From Pyrolobus fumarii 1A (GTDB lineage: Archaea; Thermoproteota; Thermoprotei_A; Sulfolobales; Pyrodictiaceae): a stretch of DNA of 32,000 bases. The stretch covers positions 900,001 through 932,000 of the forward strand of contig NC_015931.1 in NCBI RefSeq assembly GCF_000223395.1, read 5' to 3'. The position numbers were made by a program, and so were the translations under genes. Below, piece by piece: positions 14,556 through 23,264 of the stretch (position 1 is the first letter of the stretch; each line of letters begins with the position of its first letter). The notes beneath the pieces are model-generated. The model searched no databases and was not told where the DNA came from. It saw only the letters and a program-made list of their open reading frames with translations.

Positions 14556-17423
14556 CTAGTAGTAGTCGAGAGAGCGTATCCTCTGGATTACTGCAATAGC
14601 GTTGAGCACCACGTATGGCAGTGTGCGCCTCGAGACGTAGTAGTAGCGTGGTATGCCAGCTTTGCTGTCATCGGTTATCGGCAGCACCTTCAGCTCGTAA
14701 ATCTCGTTGAATGGTACCTGCCGGAGGAACTCTTCCCGCTTCTCTACCACGTCCCTGGCAGAGATGAGCACGTGTGCAAAGTCCTCGGAGTTAACTCCTC
14801 TCACCATCAGCACGAAGTGTTCGTTTAGTTTTAGGGGTTTGAAGCTGTCGCGGAACTCCTCAAGGCCTACTATCTCTTCTACGTCTTCCTCAAGGGCCCA
14901 CCTCCAGTCTCCAGTGTCAACATCAATGAACTGGAAGACGCGGTAGGGAGACCCGGGTTTCCTCATTTCGCGCAGCTTAGCCTCGACTATCTTTTCAGGC
15001 AAGCCAGTCATAGATGCTAACTCTTCGACTGTGAATGCCATGCCTTTGAGCGCCTCTGCTAACTCCTTCTCAATATCGACTTTCCATAGCTTCTCCTCCG
15101 GCATTGAGATTAGGAGCCTCGCTAGGGGCGAGGCAGCGCCAGCAGTGTGTGTTGACACGTGGCCCTCGTGTACTAGCTTGAGTATTCTCTTCGCCTCGGT
15201 GACATCGAAGAACTCTTGCAGTGCTTGTCTAGCTGCTTCGAGCTTCACGAGATTATCCTCGGGACCCATTTTTGATATCTGGCCAAACGCCAGTCTTATG
15301 TCTCGCAGTGTGTTGAGGTAGTAGGGCGTCTTCATTATAGCCTCTAGTGCGAGGTTCTCGATGTCATCGGGCTTTATCTGGCTGAGCACCTCCAATGGGT
15401 TGAAGCCTGGCGTGATGCGTATGGATAGGCCGTAGTACGATGTGCGTATGCTGGAGGTGTAGCTGCGAGCCGCGTATAAGAGTGCATAGCCTAACGTACG
15501 GGCTGCAGCCTCGCCCATAAGCCCGAGGATTATCAGCTCGTCGCCAACCTGCTCGATTATCACGCGGTCGCGGCTTGGTAACGGCTTCTTAGAGACGCGG
15601 TACTCTTCAATGAACTTCTCCACCTCTCTCCTAGCATCCTCGCTCAACTTGACCCAGGTTATTGCGTCGATACCCCTCTCGTAAACCTCCTTGAGCACCT
15701 TGTCGAGTGCCTCAAGTGCGGTGTGGGATGCCTCGGGGCCTAGACCGCGCCATACAGGTACTATGGCGGTTGTGGCTTTCTCCTCCCTCACTATGATCTT
15801 GGCTGCAAGTTCGTCGATGGCAACTATTACCCACGTACGGCCTCCTAGCCTTATAGCGGCGCCTGGGTACAGCTTGTACACGTAGCTAGCGTCGAGTTCG
15901 CCGACTATCCTACCATCCTCGGTTCTCACGCTGTACGTTGATTTCTCGCCTATGGTCGAGAAGAAGGATGAGAAGCTCTTCATCCACCATGCTCTCCGGT
16001 CGCTAGTCTTCTCGAACCTCCATATCTTGTAGAATAGCTGGCCTACCTTTACGCGCCCGGGGCCGCTCTCCTGGAGAATACCGTTATCTATCAACAGTTT
16101 CACAACCTCGTCGAGCTCCTCGCGCGTTAGGTTGCGATAGTGGTAGGTCGACTTGAATATCTCATAGGCCTCGTCTATGTTGACCTCGCCCTGAAGCGCC
16201 ATGCCTACAAGCTCCTTCACTAGGACGTCTAGAGGCTTCTCAGGTATGCGTGGCTCCTCGACTCTGCCCTCCACGGCAGCCTTTGTCAGTGCAGCTGCGT
16301 ATAGAGCCTCAACGGCGTCATTAGCTATTATGACGCCGTTCAACACCTCTATGTCGTGCCTATGGCCGCTCCTACCGAGCCTCTGTACAAGGCTAAACAC
16401 GGTGCTTGGCGGGCGGAATAGTATAACCTTCTTCACGTCGCCAACATCTATGCCCAGCTCGAGAGTCTTCGTACATATGACGGCAGTTACCTTGCCCTCG
16501 CGTAGAGCCTTCTCGGCCTCCTCCCTCTCCTCTGGCGACAAGCTAGCATGGTGTACTAGGACGTCCTTCACGCCTAGCTTTACAAGCTCCTCGTGAAGCC
16601 TCTCGGAGGCATACTTCGAGTTGGTGAAGACCAGTGTTATCGGCTCGAGATACTTTGCTATCTTCTCGGCAGCGCGCCTCCAATAGTTACGATCGTTCCC
16701 AATGACGTCTATCACAATCTCAATCTTCTTACGCCTGGCTACGCTTACGACACTCCTCTCCCTCTTAGACCCGTAGCTGAACACCTCTAGCACCTTCATC
16801 GGGTCGCCTACAGTCGCCGAGATGAGCACGAGCTGGAAGTCGCCAGCGTAGCGGCGCAGTCTTGACAAGAGGAGTGCCAGTTGTACGCCCCTCTTGGTAC
16901 CAACTATCTCGTGAACCTCGTCGACGATAACCCAACGTAGGTTGCGGTAATATTCTCTGAAGCGCGTAGCCCAATCAAGGTCTATCTCGAGGCTCTCCGG
17001 CGTAGTTATTAGGATGTGTGGTGCTTTGCGTAGCCTCTTGCTCCTCTCGCTTTGGGATACGTCGCCGTGCTTCCTTGCCACTCGGAATCCTAGACGCTCG
17101 GCCCACCAGCTTATGCGCAGGTATAGGTCGTTAATCAGTGCGCGCATGGGAGTTATGTAGAGCAGTGCTACTGGCTCGACGTTGCTAGAGGACATCATGC
17201 TTAGTATGGGGAGTAACGCGGCCTCAGTTTTGCCGTACCCAGTGGGTGCTGTGATTATCACGTTCTTGCCTGCCATTATCTCTGGTATGGCCTTCTCCTG
17301 GATCTCAGTGAGCTTAGTCCAGCCCTTCTCTTCGAGTAGCTTCCGAATCTTCTCATTGAGCATCTCAATCGGGCTGGGCAATACCCCCTCACCCTTGTGT
17401 GTAGCAACTGTACTATCCGGCAC
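14556..17423 (-). CDS. lhr: Lhr-type (large helicase-related) superfamily 2 ATP-dependent helicase
   Basis: The motifs are TEIQEKAIP (Q motif), APTGYGKTE (Walker A) and VIVDEVHEIVGTKRGVQLALLLSRLRR (the DEVH plus KRG signature of Lhr). A long Lhr-like C-terminal extension follows. The start is GTG at 17423 or ATG at 17363. Confidence 0.85.
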   Translation of the reverse strand: MPDSTVATHKGEGVLPSPIEMLNEKIRKLLEEKGWTKLTEIQEKAIPEIMAGKNVIITAPTGYGKTEAALLPILSMMSSSNVEPVALLYITPMRALINDLYLRISWWAERLGFRVARKHGDVSQSERSKRLRKAPHILITTPESLEIDLDWATRFREYYRNLRWVIVDEVHEIVGTKRGVQLALLLSRLRRYAGDFQLVLISATVGDPMKVLEVFSYGSKRERSVVSVARRKKIEIVIDVIGNDRNYWRRAAEKIAKYLEPITLVFTNSKYASERLHEELVKLGVKDVLVHHASLSPEEREEAEKALREGKVTAVICTKTLELGIDVGDVKKVILFRPPSTVFSLVQRLGRSGHRHDIEVLNGVIIANDAVEALYAAALTKAAVEGRVEEPRIPEKPLDVLVKELVGMALQGEVNIDEAYEIFKSTYHYRNLTREELDEVVKLLIDNGILQESGPGRVKVGQLFYKIWRFEKTSDRRAWWMKSFSSFFSTIGEKSTYSVRTEDGRIVGELDASYVYKLYPGAAIRLGGRTWVIVAIDELAAKIIVREEKATTAIVPVWRGLGPEASHTALEALDKVLKEVYERGIDAITWVKLSEDARREVEKFIEEYRVSKKPLPSRDRVIIEQVGDELIILGLMGEAAARTLGYALLYAARSYTSSIRTSYYGLSIRITPGFNPLEVLSQIKPDDIENLALEAIMKTPYYLNTLRDIRLAFGQISKMGPEDNLVKLEAARQALQEFFDVTEAKRILKLVHEGHVSTHTAGAASPLARLLISMPEEKLWKVDIEKELAEALKGMAFTVEELASMTGLPEKIVEAKLREMRKPGSPYRVFQFIDVDTGDWRWALEEDVEEIVGLEEFRDSFKPLKLNEHFVLMVRGVNSEDFAHVLISARDVVEKREEFLRQVPFNEIYELKVLPITDDSKAGIPRYYYVSRRTLPYVVLNAIAVIQRIRSLDYY

Positions 17424-17512
17424 CTTGGACGCCCAGAGGCTGAAGGAGAGCTGTAACTCCTAGCCCCTTACAAGGCTCTCGGTTAAACATCGTTTGTTTT
17501 AAGGTGTAGAGT

Positions 17513-17520
17513 GTATATTG
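17513..17520 (+). promoter_or_regulatory. TATA-like element (GTATATTG) for the zinc-ribbon gene
   Basis: It lies 21-28 nt upstream of the ATG at 17541, consistent with a leaderless or near-leaderless mRNA. A second A/T element GTTTTAAGG lies at 17496-17504. Confidence 0.4.
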
Positions 17521-17540
17521 GTTATCCGTGGTTGGTTTAG

Positions 17541-17780
17541 ATGGTGCGCAACAAGCGCTACAAGTGTATTGTCTGTGGTAGGATGTTTCCAGAAGGGCAG
17601 GGTATTGTGTTACAAAGAGGTGGCGTAACATTGACATTTCATAGTAAAGCGTGTGCGGTGAAATTCTTCCGTTTGATGGTCGAGACTATTGACGAAGGAG
17701 AGTTCAAGAAAGTTGCAAGGAGCCTGGTTAAGGAGTTCGAAGAGGCGCTCAAGAGGCGCGAGAAGCGTAAGCAGATTTAA
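17541..17780 (+). CDS. TRASH / ribosomal-L24e-like zinc-ribbon small protein
   Basis: CIVCGRMFPEGQGIVLQRGGVTLTFHSKAC follows the L24e/TRASH pattern C-x2-C-x(about 21)-[C/H]-x3-C, with His in the third ligand position. Compare L24e C.FCG..IPPGTG...VR.DG....FCSSKC, recalled from memory. The C-terminal half is a K/E-rich helix unlike L24e. Confidence 0.6.
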   Translation: MVRNKRYKCIVCGRMFPEGQGIVLQRGGVTLTFHSKACAVKFFRLMVETIDEGEFKKVARSLVKEFEEALKRREKRKQI

Positions 17781-17983
17781 GACTCGAACAAGTTGCGAAT
17801 CTTCTCGAGCACCTTGTCTATCTCCAACTTGCGAGCTAGCTCGACAGCTCTCTCCACAGCATCCTTTGCATCATTAGCGGCGACATTGAAAACTATGTTA
17901 GTACCTTTGAGTCTCACGCGAAACCTCTTCTCACCCATCAGCTCATACTCCTCAATAACTTCAAAGTCGTTAGCACCTATCAA
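17777..17983 (-). CDS. Hypothetical 68-aa protein
   Basis: This is a clean small ORF with a plausible beta-beta-beta-alpha-alpha composition (FEVIEEYELMGEKRFRVRLKGTNIVFNV...AKDAVERAVELARKLEIDKVLEKI). It starts at TTG with GGAGGGAGAGAGGA upstream. I recognise no family. Confidence 0.45.
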   Translation of the reverse strand: MIGANDFEVIEEYELMGEKRFRVRLKGTNIVFNVAANDAKDAVERAVELARKLEIDKVLEKIRNLFES

Positions 17984-18029
17984 ATCCTCTCTCCCTCCGA
18001 GGCTCTAGGATAGGAGGGCGGTAGCCTTT

Positions 18030-18284
18030 ATGGTAGGAGATGCCTGTACTACCCGTGAAGAGATACACGAAAAGATTATCGACATACTATGCTCCTCTAG
18101 AGAGCCTCTCGAGTTTGACTCCCTCTTTAACAAGGTGAGAGAAGCGTGTATGCATATCAACAAGTTCTTGTTTCGCGAAGTACTTGCCATGCTTGTACGG
18201 GAGGGACTTGTAAAGAGAATCAGTGGGGAAGAGTATGGTAAGCCGCGTATGGTATTCGTATGTGTAGATACGGTAAAGAGTTAA
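18030..18284 (+). CDS. Small winged-helix DNA-binding protein
   Basis: This 84-aa protein has a helix-rich N-terminus, then a recognition-helix-like FREVLAMLVREGLVKR and a wing-like GKPRMVFVCV. It starts at ATG with GGAGGG upstream. Its stop lies 4 nt before the next ORF. Confidence 0.55.
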   Translation: MVGDACTTREEIHEKIIDILCSSREPLEFDSLFNKVREACMHINKFLFREVLAMLVREGLVKRISGEEYGKPRMVFVCVDTVKS

Positions 18285-18288
18285 ACGA

Positions 18289-18735
18289 GTGGTGTGCTAT
18301 CAAAGTAGTATTACACACGTCTGGGGATGGGGAATCTTGGAGTCTCTGGTGGAGGCTCTAGAGAGGACTAAAGCGAAAGCTGAGAAAGTTGGGGAATTAC
18401 TTCAACGTTTCGAGGCTAACCTGGTGTCAGGTGTGCTTATCGAAGCACTTGGTGAACTTGAGGATGAGATGAAGAGGTTGGCCAGCATATATCCGCCGGC
18501 AGTACACTACCATGAGCGCGTGTATCTGTTAAGGAGGTATGTTGAGGCTATCCGTGTTCGTGCAATACTCTACGGGCTGCGTAACTACTTCCGCGAGGTC
18601 GAGTATATAGAAAGCCATTATCGTGAAATCATGAGCTTTCTCGATAATCTTGGAGCTCTTTTAGGAGCTTCTCGGCGTAGCGGGCTATCGGGTCACGAAT
18701 CACTCGGTAAGTCTCACGCACATCCTGAGGTATAA
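18289..18735 (+). CDS. Hypothetical all-alpha protein, 148 aa
   Basis: The composition is heptad-like and helical (LESLVEALERTKAKAEKVGELLQRFEANL...). It starts at GTG and appears operonic with the winged-helix gene. The last 107 nt overlap the convergent HIT gene and encode a low-complexity tail. Confidence 0.45.
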   Translation: MVCYQSSITHVWGWGILESLVEALERTKAKAEKVGELLQRFEANLVSGVLIEALGELEDEMKRLASIYPPAVHYHERVYLLRRYVEAIRVRAILYGLRNYFREVEYIESHYREIMSFLDNLGALLGASRRSGLSGHESLGKSHAHPEV

Positions 18736-19162
18736 CCTTTGTCTCGGCTATCACAGGCATGAAGTTGGTATCGCCATTCCACCTTGGAACTACATGTACG
18801 TGTATATGGTCTTCTATGCCAGCGCCTGCAACCCTACCAAGATTAATGCCGACATTGAAGCCATGTGGGTTTAGCGCCTCCCGGATACCCTGTATAGAGG
18901 CTTGTGTCAATACTATGAGTTCAAGCTTCTCCTCTATCGTGAGGTCCTCTAGGTTTGCAACATGCCTCTTGGGCACAATCATCACGTGGCCTGTGTTATA
19001 TGGATAGAGGTTCATGACTATGTAGTTGTGCCTTCCTCTGAAGATGATAAGTGCGTCCTCATCGTTCATCCCCTGCAACCTGCACAGTACGCAACCCTCC
19101 TCTTTCCCTTCCGTGGCTCTCTTCACGTAGGAGTATCGCCAGGGTGCCCATAGGACTTTCAT
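18629..19162 (-). CDS. HIT-family nucleotide hydrolase/phosphorylase (Ap4A-phosphorylase-like subgroup)
   Basis: The histidine triad is DHIHVHVVPRW. The N-terminal WAPWRYSY plus CVLC is typical of the Ap4A phosphorylase-like HIT branch, as I recall it. Confidence 0.85.
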   Translation of the reverse strand: MKVLWAPWRYSYVKRATEGKEEGCVLCRLQGMNDEDALIIFRGRHNYIVMNLYPYNTGHVMIVPKRHVANLEDLTIEEKLELIVLTQASIQGIREALNPHGFNVGINLGRVAGAGIEDHIHVHVVPRWNGDTNFMPVIAETKVIPQDVRETYRVIRDPIARYAEKLLKELQDYRESS

Positions 19163-19165
19163 AGT

Positions 19166-19897
19166 TCACCGTTTATGTATGAGGCTCTCGAGTAGGAGAA
19201 TGATAGGCTTATCTCCAAGCGTCAATGCCAAAATGAAACCCACCGTGAGTGGCACGAGAGCTGGTATCCCATAGGTTGCCCAGAGGTAGTCCTTGGGCCT
19301 CACCCTACCCTCTGCAATGGCTCTTTTCACTATGTCGGAGGGGTCAACTTCAACGCTACAAACTGTGTCTTTCGCGCCCGGAAGATCGATCGGTATCCAC
19401 CAAGAGCCTTTTGCTATTGTCTCTGCGCGTACCGGCCTGGCTGTGAAGATGCGGATCACCCGTTTTGTGAGTGGTAGTTTTGAGAGTTGGCGTCTAGACT
19501 CGCTGGATGCAATGTTGTGCGCCGCTATGTATATGCTGATTGTGAGGGAGGCTAGCGAGTAGTACAATAGTGTGAGGAGGGGCGCTGGTAGTAGTGTGGC
19601 TCCGAAAGGCTCAGCTAGTGTGATACCGAGGAACATGAGGAGGTCGCCCATACCCTTAAGGCATAGCAGGACGAGTACAGCGATAGCAGCTAGTAAGAAA
19701 GCGTCTATCACGAGATAGGCTTGCCACGTGTGCGGCACGCTCCCTGTATACACACGGTATGCTAGGAGAATTGCCTCAGTGCCTATGAATATGTAAGGTA
19801 GCCAAGATGGTATAGCGCGGCTGCGCAAGTCGAAAAGTGAGCCTAGAATTAGAAATGCTATGGCGGCGATGTGCTGCGCGGTTATTACGAGGCTCAA
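19166..19897 (-). CDS. Polytopic membrane protein, A24-type prepilin/preflagellin peptidase-like
   Basis: It has several hydrophobic helices. The first Asp motif is GSLFDLRSRAIPSWL and the second is LKGMGDLLMF (compare G.GD.K). A soluble insert of about 70 residues separates the transmembrane blocks. It starts at TTG, and its stop lies 3 nt before the HIT start. Confidence 0.6.
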   Translation of the reverse strand: MSLVITAQHIAAIAFLILGSLFDLRSRAIPSWLPYIFIGTEAILLAYRVYTGSVPHTWQAYLVIDAFLLAAIAVLVLLCLKGMGDLLMFLGITLAEPFGATLLPAPLLTLLYYSLASLTISIYIAAHNIASSESRRQLSKLPLTKRVIRIFTARPVRAETIAKGSWWIPIDLPGAKDTVCSVEVDPSDIVKRAIAEGRVRPKDYLWATYGIPALVPLTVGFILALTLGDKPIILLLESLIHKR

Positions 19898-19998
19898 ACT
19901 GGCTCGCCCCCGGGTGTAGCCTGGGCGTGAAACTACCGTATCTATCGCGGAACCCGCTGGCTTTCCGCCGGGTAGCAGAACGGTTGCTACGTGAAGCT

Positions 19999-20241
19999 AT
20001 GGATTGTGGTGTCTATGTGTTAACGTGTAGCGCGTGGAAAGGTGTGCGTGTAGAGTTTGTGGAAAGGCGTGTGTATGATAGGCTTAGTGGGTTAAAGCTT
20101 CGTCTTCGTATACCAATTATCGTGTTTAGTGATGATGCTGGTGGCGAGTGTAGGGTTGAGGCGCGTTGGGCGGGTGACGCGTTTAAGCTCGAGTGTAGCG
20201 ACCTAGAGAAGTGTTGTGAAAGAGTTACTCGGGGTCCATGA
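19999..20241 (+). CDS. Hypothetical Cys-rich small protein (start uncertain)
   Basis: This is the only ORF in the 327-nt gap between the peptidase and radA. The ORF-track start at 19837 overlaps the peptidase gene, so the ATG at 19999 ([15 protein letters not shown]...) seems more plausible. I recognise no family. Confidence 0.3.
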   Translation: MDCGVYVLTCSAWKGVRVEFVERRVYDRLSGLKLRLRIPIIVFSDDAGGECRVEARWAGDAFKLECSDLEKCCERVTRGP

Positions 20242-21193
20242 TACCCTGATCTGTTATCACGAATACAGTCTCGTTCTCCGGTAGGTGCGGCGCATCTACA
20301 ATCCTTGCTATCCTCTTGTTACCGCGTGCCTTGCGTAGCTGTACGCGTATGCCGGGCGCGTGGTATAGTACGTGTCCGCCTACTGCCTGTGTCGGGTCGC
20401 CCCATACGACATCGGGTCTAGCCATAACCTGGTTTGTTATCACAATGGCTATATCGTACAACTCTGCTAGCCTCATGAGCTGGTGTAGGTGGCGGTTAAG
20501 CTTCTGCTGCCTCTCGGCTAGCCTCTCGCGACCCGGATACTCCGCACGGAAGTGACTCGTTATGGAATCGACTATCACAAGCTTAATGTTCTGCTTCGGC
20601 ACTAGGTCGAAGAGCTCCTCTACTATAGCCATCTGGTGGTCGCTGTTTATAGCGCGGACGTAATATATGTTCTCCATGACCTTATCCGGGTCGAGACCCC
20701 ACCTCTTTGCCATGTTCTCGATACGCTCCCATCTGAACGTACCCTCTGTGTCAATGTACACTGCACGTGCTCCAAGGCCGCCTTGCTCGGGTGGCAGCTG
20801 GACGTTCACAGCAAGCTGGTGGCAGATTTGCGTCTTGCCGCTGCCATACTCGCCAAAGAACTCGGTTATCATTCTCGTCTCGATGCCGCCGCCTAGCAGA
20901 GCATCGAGGTTCCTCGAGCCGGTGGTTATCTTCTTTGCAGCAAGTCTCTCCTTCTTAAGCTCAAGGGCGGTCTTGAACGTCAGGTTTAGTGCTTCACGTG
21001 CAGCGCGTACTATCCTCTGTGCAGTGCTAAGTGGTATGTTCGCTGCAGCTGCGAGCTCCTGCGGGTTTGCTGCAGCAATGGCCTCTAGCGTTGTGTAGCC
21101 TGCCTCCTCTAGTTTCCTTGCTGTTGCCGGGCCGACACCGGGCAAATCAGTAATGGAAGTAATCTTCTTTGTTATAGCCTTAGAGGTCACCAC
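20225..21193 (-). CDS. radA: DNA repair and recombination protein RadA
   Basis: An N-terminal HhH region ([17 protein letters not shown]) is followed by Walker A (GEYGSGKTQ) and Walker B (LVIVDS), giving the full RadA/Rad51 architecture. Confidence 0.95.
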   Translation of the reverse strand: MVTSKAITKKITSITDLPGVGPATARKLEEAGYTTLEAIAAANPQELAAAANIPLSTAQRIVRAAREALNLTFKTALELKKERLAAKKITTGSRNLDALLGGGIETRMITEFFGEYGSGKTQICHQLAVNVQLPPEQGGLGARAVYIDTEGTFRWERIENMAKRWGLDPDKVMENIYYVRAINSDHQMAIVEELFDLVPKQNIKLVIVDSITSHFRAEYPGRERLAERQQKLNRHLHQLMRLAELYDIAIVITNQVMARPDVVWGDPTQAVGGHVLYHAPGIRVQLRKARGNKRIARIVDAPHLPENETVFVITDQGIMDPE

Positions 21194-21225
21194 TTACACC
21201 CTGCTAGGGCGTGCACAATAAGACC

Positions 21226-21233
21226 TTTATATA
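21226..21233 (-). promoter_or_regulatory. TATA box (TATATAAA on minus strand) for radA
   Basis: It lies 33-40 nt upstream of the radA GTG and is bracketed by an imperfect inverted repeat (21206-21216 / 21245-21255). Confidence 0.5.
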
Positions 21234-21258
21234 CTTGGGGCTCTGTGCGTGCCCTCTT

Positions 21259-21267
21259 AAACAAAAC
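21259..21267 (-). terminator. Oligo-T tract (GUUUUGUUU) downstream of acs
   Basis: This T-rich run lies about 27 nt after the acs stop, next to the palindrome TTTCGAAA. Archaeal termination typically uses oligo-T. Confidence 0.35.
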
Positions 21268-21293
21268 GTTTCGAAATGTGCGGGGCTTTAGCC

Positions 21294-23264
21294 TTACTCA
21301 GCCTTTTCAAGCTCCCTCTTGAACTCCTCAAGTGCTCTTCGTATTTCGTCGAGGCTAGCTTCATCCTCGAGAGTGGTTAGGTCGCCGGGGGTCTTGCCGA
21401 GCAACACTGCCTTTATCACTCTCCTCATTATCTTTCCGCTTCTTGTCTTAGGCAGCTTCTCGACGAAGAATATCGCTGCTGGCACAGCTATTGGTCCAAG
21501 TGTCTTTCTCACATGCTCTACTAGCTCGTGGCGTAGCTCCTCACTTGGCGTGTAACCTTGCCTTAGTACAACGAATGCCACTGGTACCTCGCCTTTAACC
21601 GGGTCCGGCTTTCCAACAACAGCGGCCTCGGCCACCGCGGGGTGGCTTACTAAGGCGCTTTCTATCTCGGCGGTGCCAAGCCTATGACCAGCAACTTTGA
21701 TCACTTCGTCTGCTCTACCCAGTATCCAGAAGTATCCATCCTCATCCTTCATCGCGTAGTCTGCAGGATAGTAGATCCACTTGCCCTCCTCTGGCTTACT
21801 AAACCTCTGCCAGTACGTCCTTACGTACCTCTCGGGGTCGCCCCATAACGTCATGAGCATTCCTGGCCAAGGCCTCTTGATTACCAGGTAGCCACGCTGG
21901 CCGGGAGGACAGGGGCTGCCATCCTCGCATACGACGTCTGCATCGACGCCTGGCAGGGGGTATGTGGCGCTCCCCGGCTTCAAGGGTACAAGCTGAATGC
22001 CTGGCGCCGGCGATATCATGATGCCTCCGGTTTCTGTCTGCCACCATGTGTCGACGATGGGGCATCTCTCTCCGCCGACTACAGTATAGTACCACTTCCA
22101 CGCCTCCGGGTTGATCGGTTCGCCGACCGTGCCGAGTATACGGAGCGTTGAGAGGTCGTGCTTCTTGACCCACTCTTCACCATACCTCATTAGCATCCTT
22201 ATCGCGGTTGGCGCGGTGTAGAATATCGTAACGCCATACTTCTCGACTATCTGCCACCAACGGTCAGGTGCAGGGTAGTCCGGTGCACCCTCATACATGA
22301 CTGTAGTTATGCCGTGAAGCAACGGGCCAAACACTACATAGCTATGGCCCGTTATCCACCCGATATCGGCTGTACAGAACATAACGTCATCTGGTTTCAC
22401 GTCAAAGACCCACTTCATGGTCGCATAGACCCATACAAGGTAGCCACCGGTGCTGTGAACCACGCCCTTTGGTTTGCCAGTCGTGCCACTAGTGTATAGT
22501 ATGAACAATGGGTGCGTAGATTCCACTGGCACGGGGTCGACTTTGGCGTGCGCCGGTAGTAGGTTATGAAGCCAATAGTCGCGACCCTCAGTCAGCGGCA
22601 CGTCTATCTTAGCGCCTCTAGCGGTCACATTCTTGACTACAATGACCGTCTCAACACTGGGAGCCATCTCTAGAGCCTCGTCTGCAATCTTTTTCAGTTC
22701 GATGACCTTGCCGCGTCTAAAGCCGCCATCTGCAGTTACGAGCACCTTTGCCTTCGCATCATTGATCCTCTCTGCAAGGGCCTTTGCAGAGAAGCCGCTA
22801 AACACAACTGTAAACGTTATACCAAGTCTAGCAGCTGCCAGCATGAATATTGGAAGCTCTGGTATCATCGGCAAATAGAATGCGATGGTATCGCCCTTCC
22901 TAAGACCAAGGTTCTCGAGAACAGCAGCGAAGCGGTTCACCTCACGGTACAACTGGTAGTATGTGAGGACACGCGTGTCGCCAGGCTCACCCTCCCATAT
23001 TATTGCGGCTTTGTTGCGTAGACCGCGTTTCAGGTGACGGTCTACAGCGTTATAACTCGCGTTTATCAAACCGCCGACGAACCAACGGTAAAATGGCGGG
23101 TTGCTATCATCAAGCACCTTATCCCAGGTTTTGAACCATTCAAGCTCTCTGGCAATTTCTGCGAAGAACTCCTCTGGGTTCTCAAGGGCTCTCTTTCTAA
23201 CCTCTTCGAGCCTCTTGGGGATGAATCTGGCTTCTGTGGGGAGTGTCTTAGGCTCTGAGGTCAA
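21294..23264 (-). CDS. acs: Acetyl-CoA synthetase (AMP-forming)
   Basis: This 656-aa protein has the AMP-binding signature [12 protein letters not shown] and a C-terminal [11 protein letters not shown]. Its length and N-terminus are typical of Acs. Confidence 0.9.
   Translation of the reverse strand: MTSEPKTLPTEARFIPKRLEEVRKRALENPEEFFAEIARELEWFKTWDKVLDDSNPPFYRWFVGGLINASYNAVDRHLKRGLRNKAAIIWEGEPGDTRVLTYYQLYREVNRFAAVLENLGLRKGDTIAFYLPMIPELPIFMLAAARLGITFTVVFSGFSAKALAERINDAKAKVLVTADGGFRRGKVIELKKIADEALEMAPSVETVIVVKNVTARGAKIDVPLTEGRDYWLHNLLPAHAKVDPVPVESTHPLFILYTSGTTGKPKGVVHSTGGYLVWVYATMKWVFDVKPDDVMFCTADIGWITGHSYVVFGPLLHGITTVMYEGAPDYPAPDRWWQIVEKYGVTIFYTAPTAIRMLMRYGEEWVKKHDLSTLRILGTVGEPINPEAWKWYYTVVGGERCPIVDTWWQTETGGIMISPAPGIQLVPLKPGSATYPLPGVDADVVCEDGSPCPPGQRGYLVIKRPWPGMLMTLWGDPERYVRTYWQRFSKPEEGKWIYYPADYAMKDEDGYFWILGRADEVIKVAGHRLGTAEIESALVSHPAVAEAAVVGKPDPVKGEVPVAFVVLRQGYTPSEELRHELVEHVRKTLGPIAVPAAIFFVEKLPKTRSGKIMRRVIKAVLLGKTPGDLTTLEDEASLDEIRRALEEFKRELEKAE

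Noticed and set aside
18005-18190. 61-aa minus-strand ORF that would give the 68-aa gene an upstream partner.
   Set aside because: It is antisense to the winged-helix ORF, which has a much more protein-like sequence. The translation is low-complexity (STSRNKNLLICIHASLTLL...).
19914-19992. Possible tRNA or H/ACA sRNA in the GC-rich nested hairpin.
   Set aside because: The GTAGCCTGG resemblance to a D-arm does not extend to a cloverleaf, and there is no T-loop. No ACA/ANA box follows the lower stem on either strand, and no k-turn lies in the upper stem. I kept it only as an unclassified structure.
19999-20060. GIY-YIG nuclease motif in the orphan ORF (GVYVL...).
   Set aside because: Only the first half-motif is vaguely similar. 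There is no YIG, and no conserved Arg/Glu downstream.
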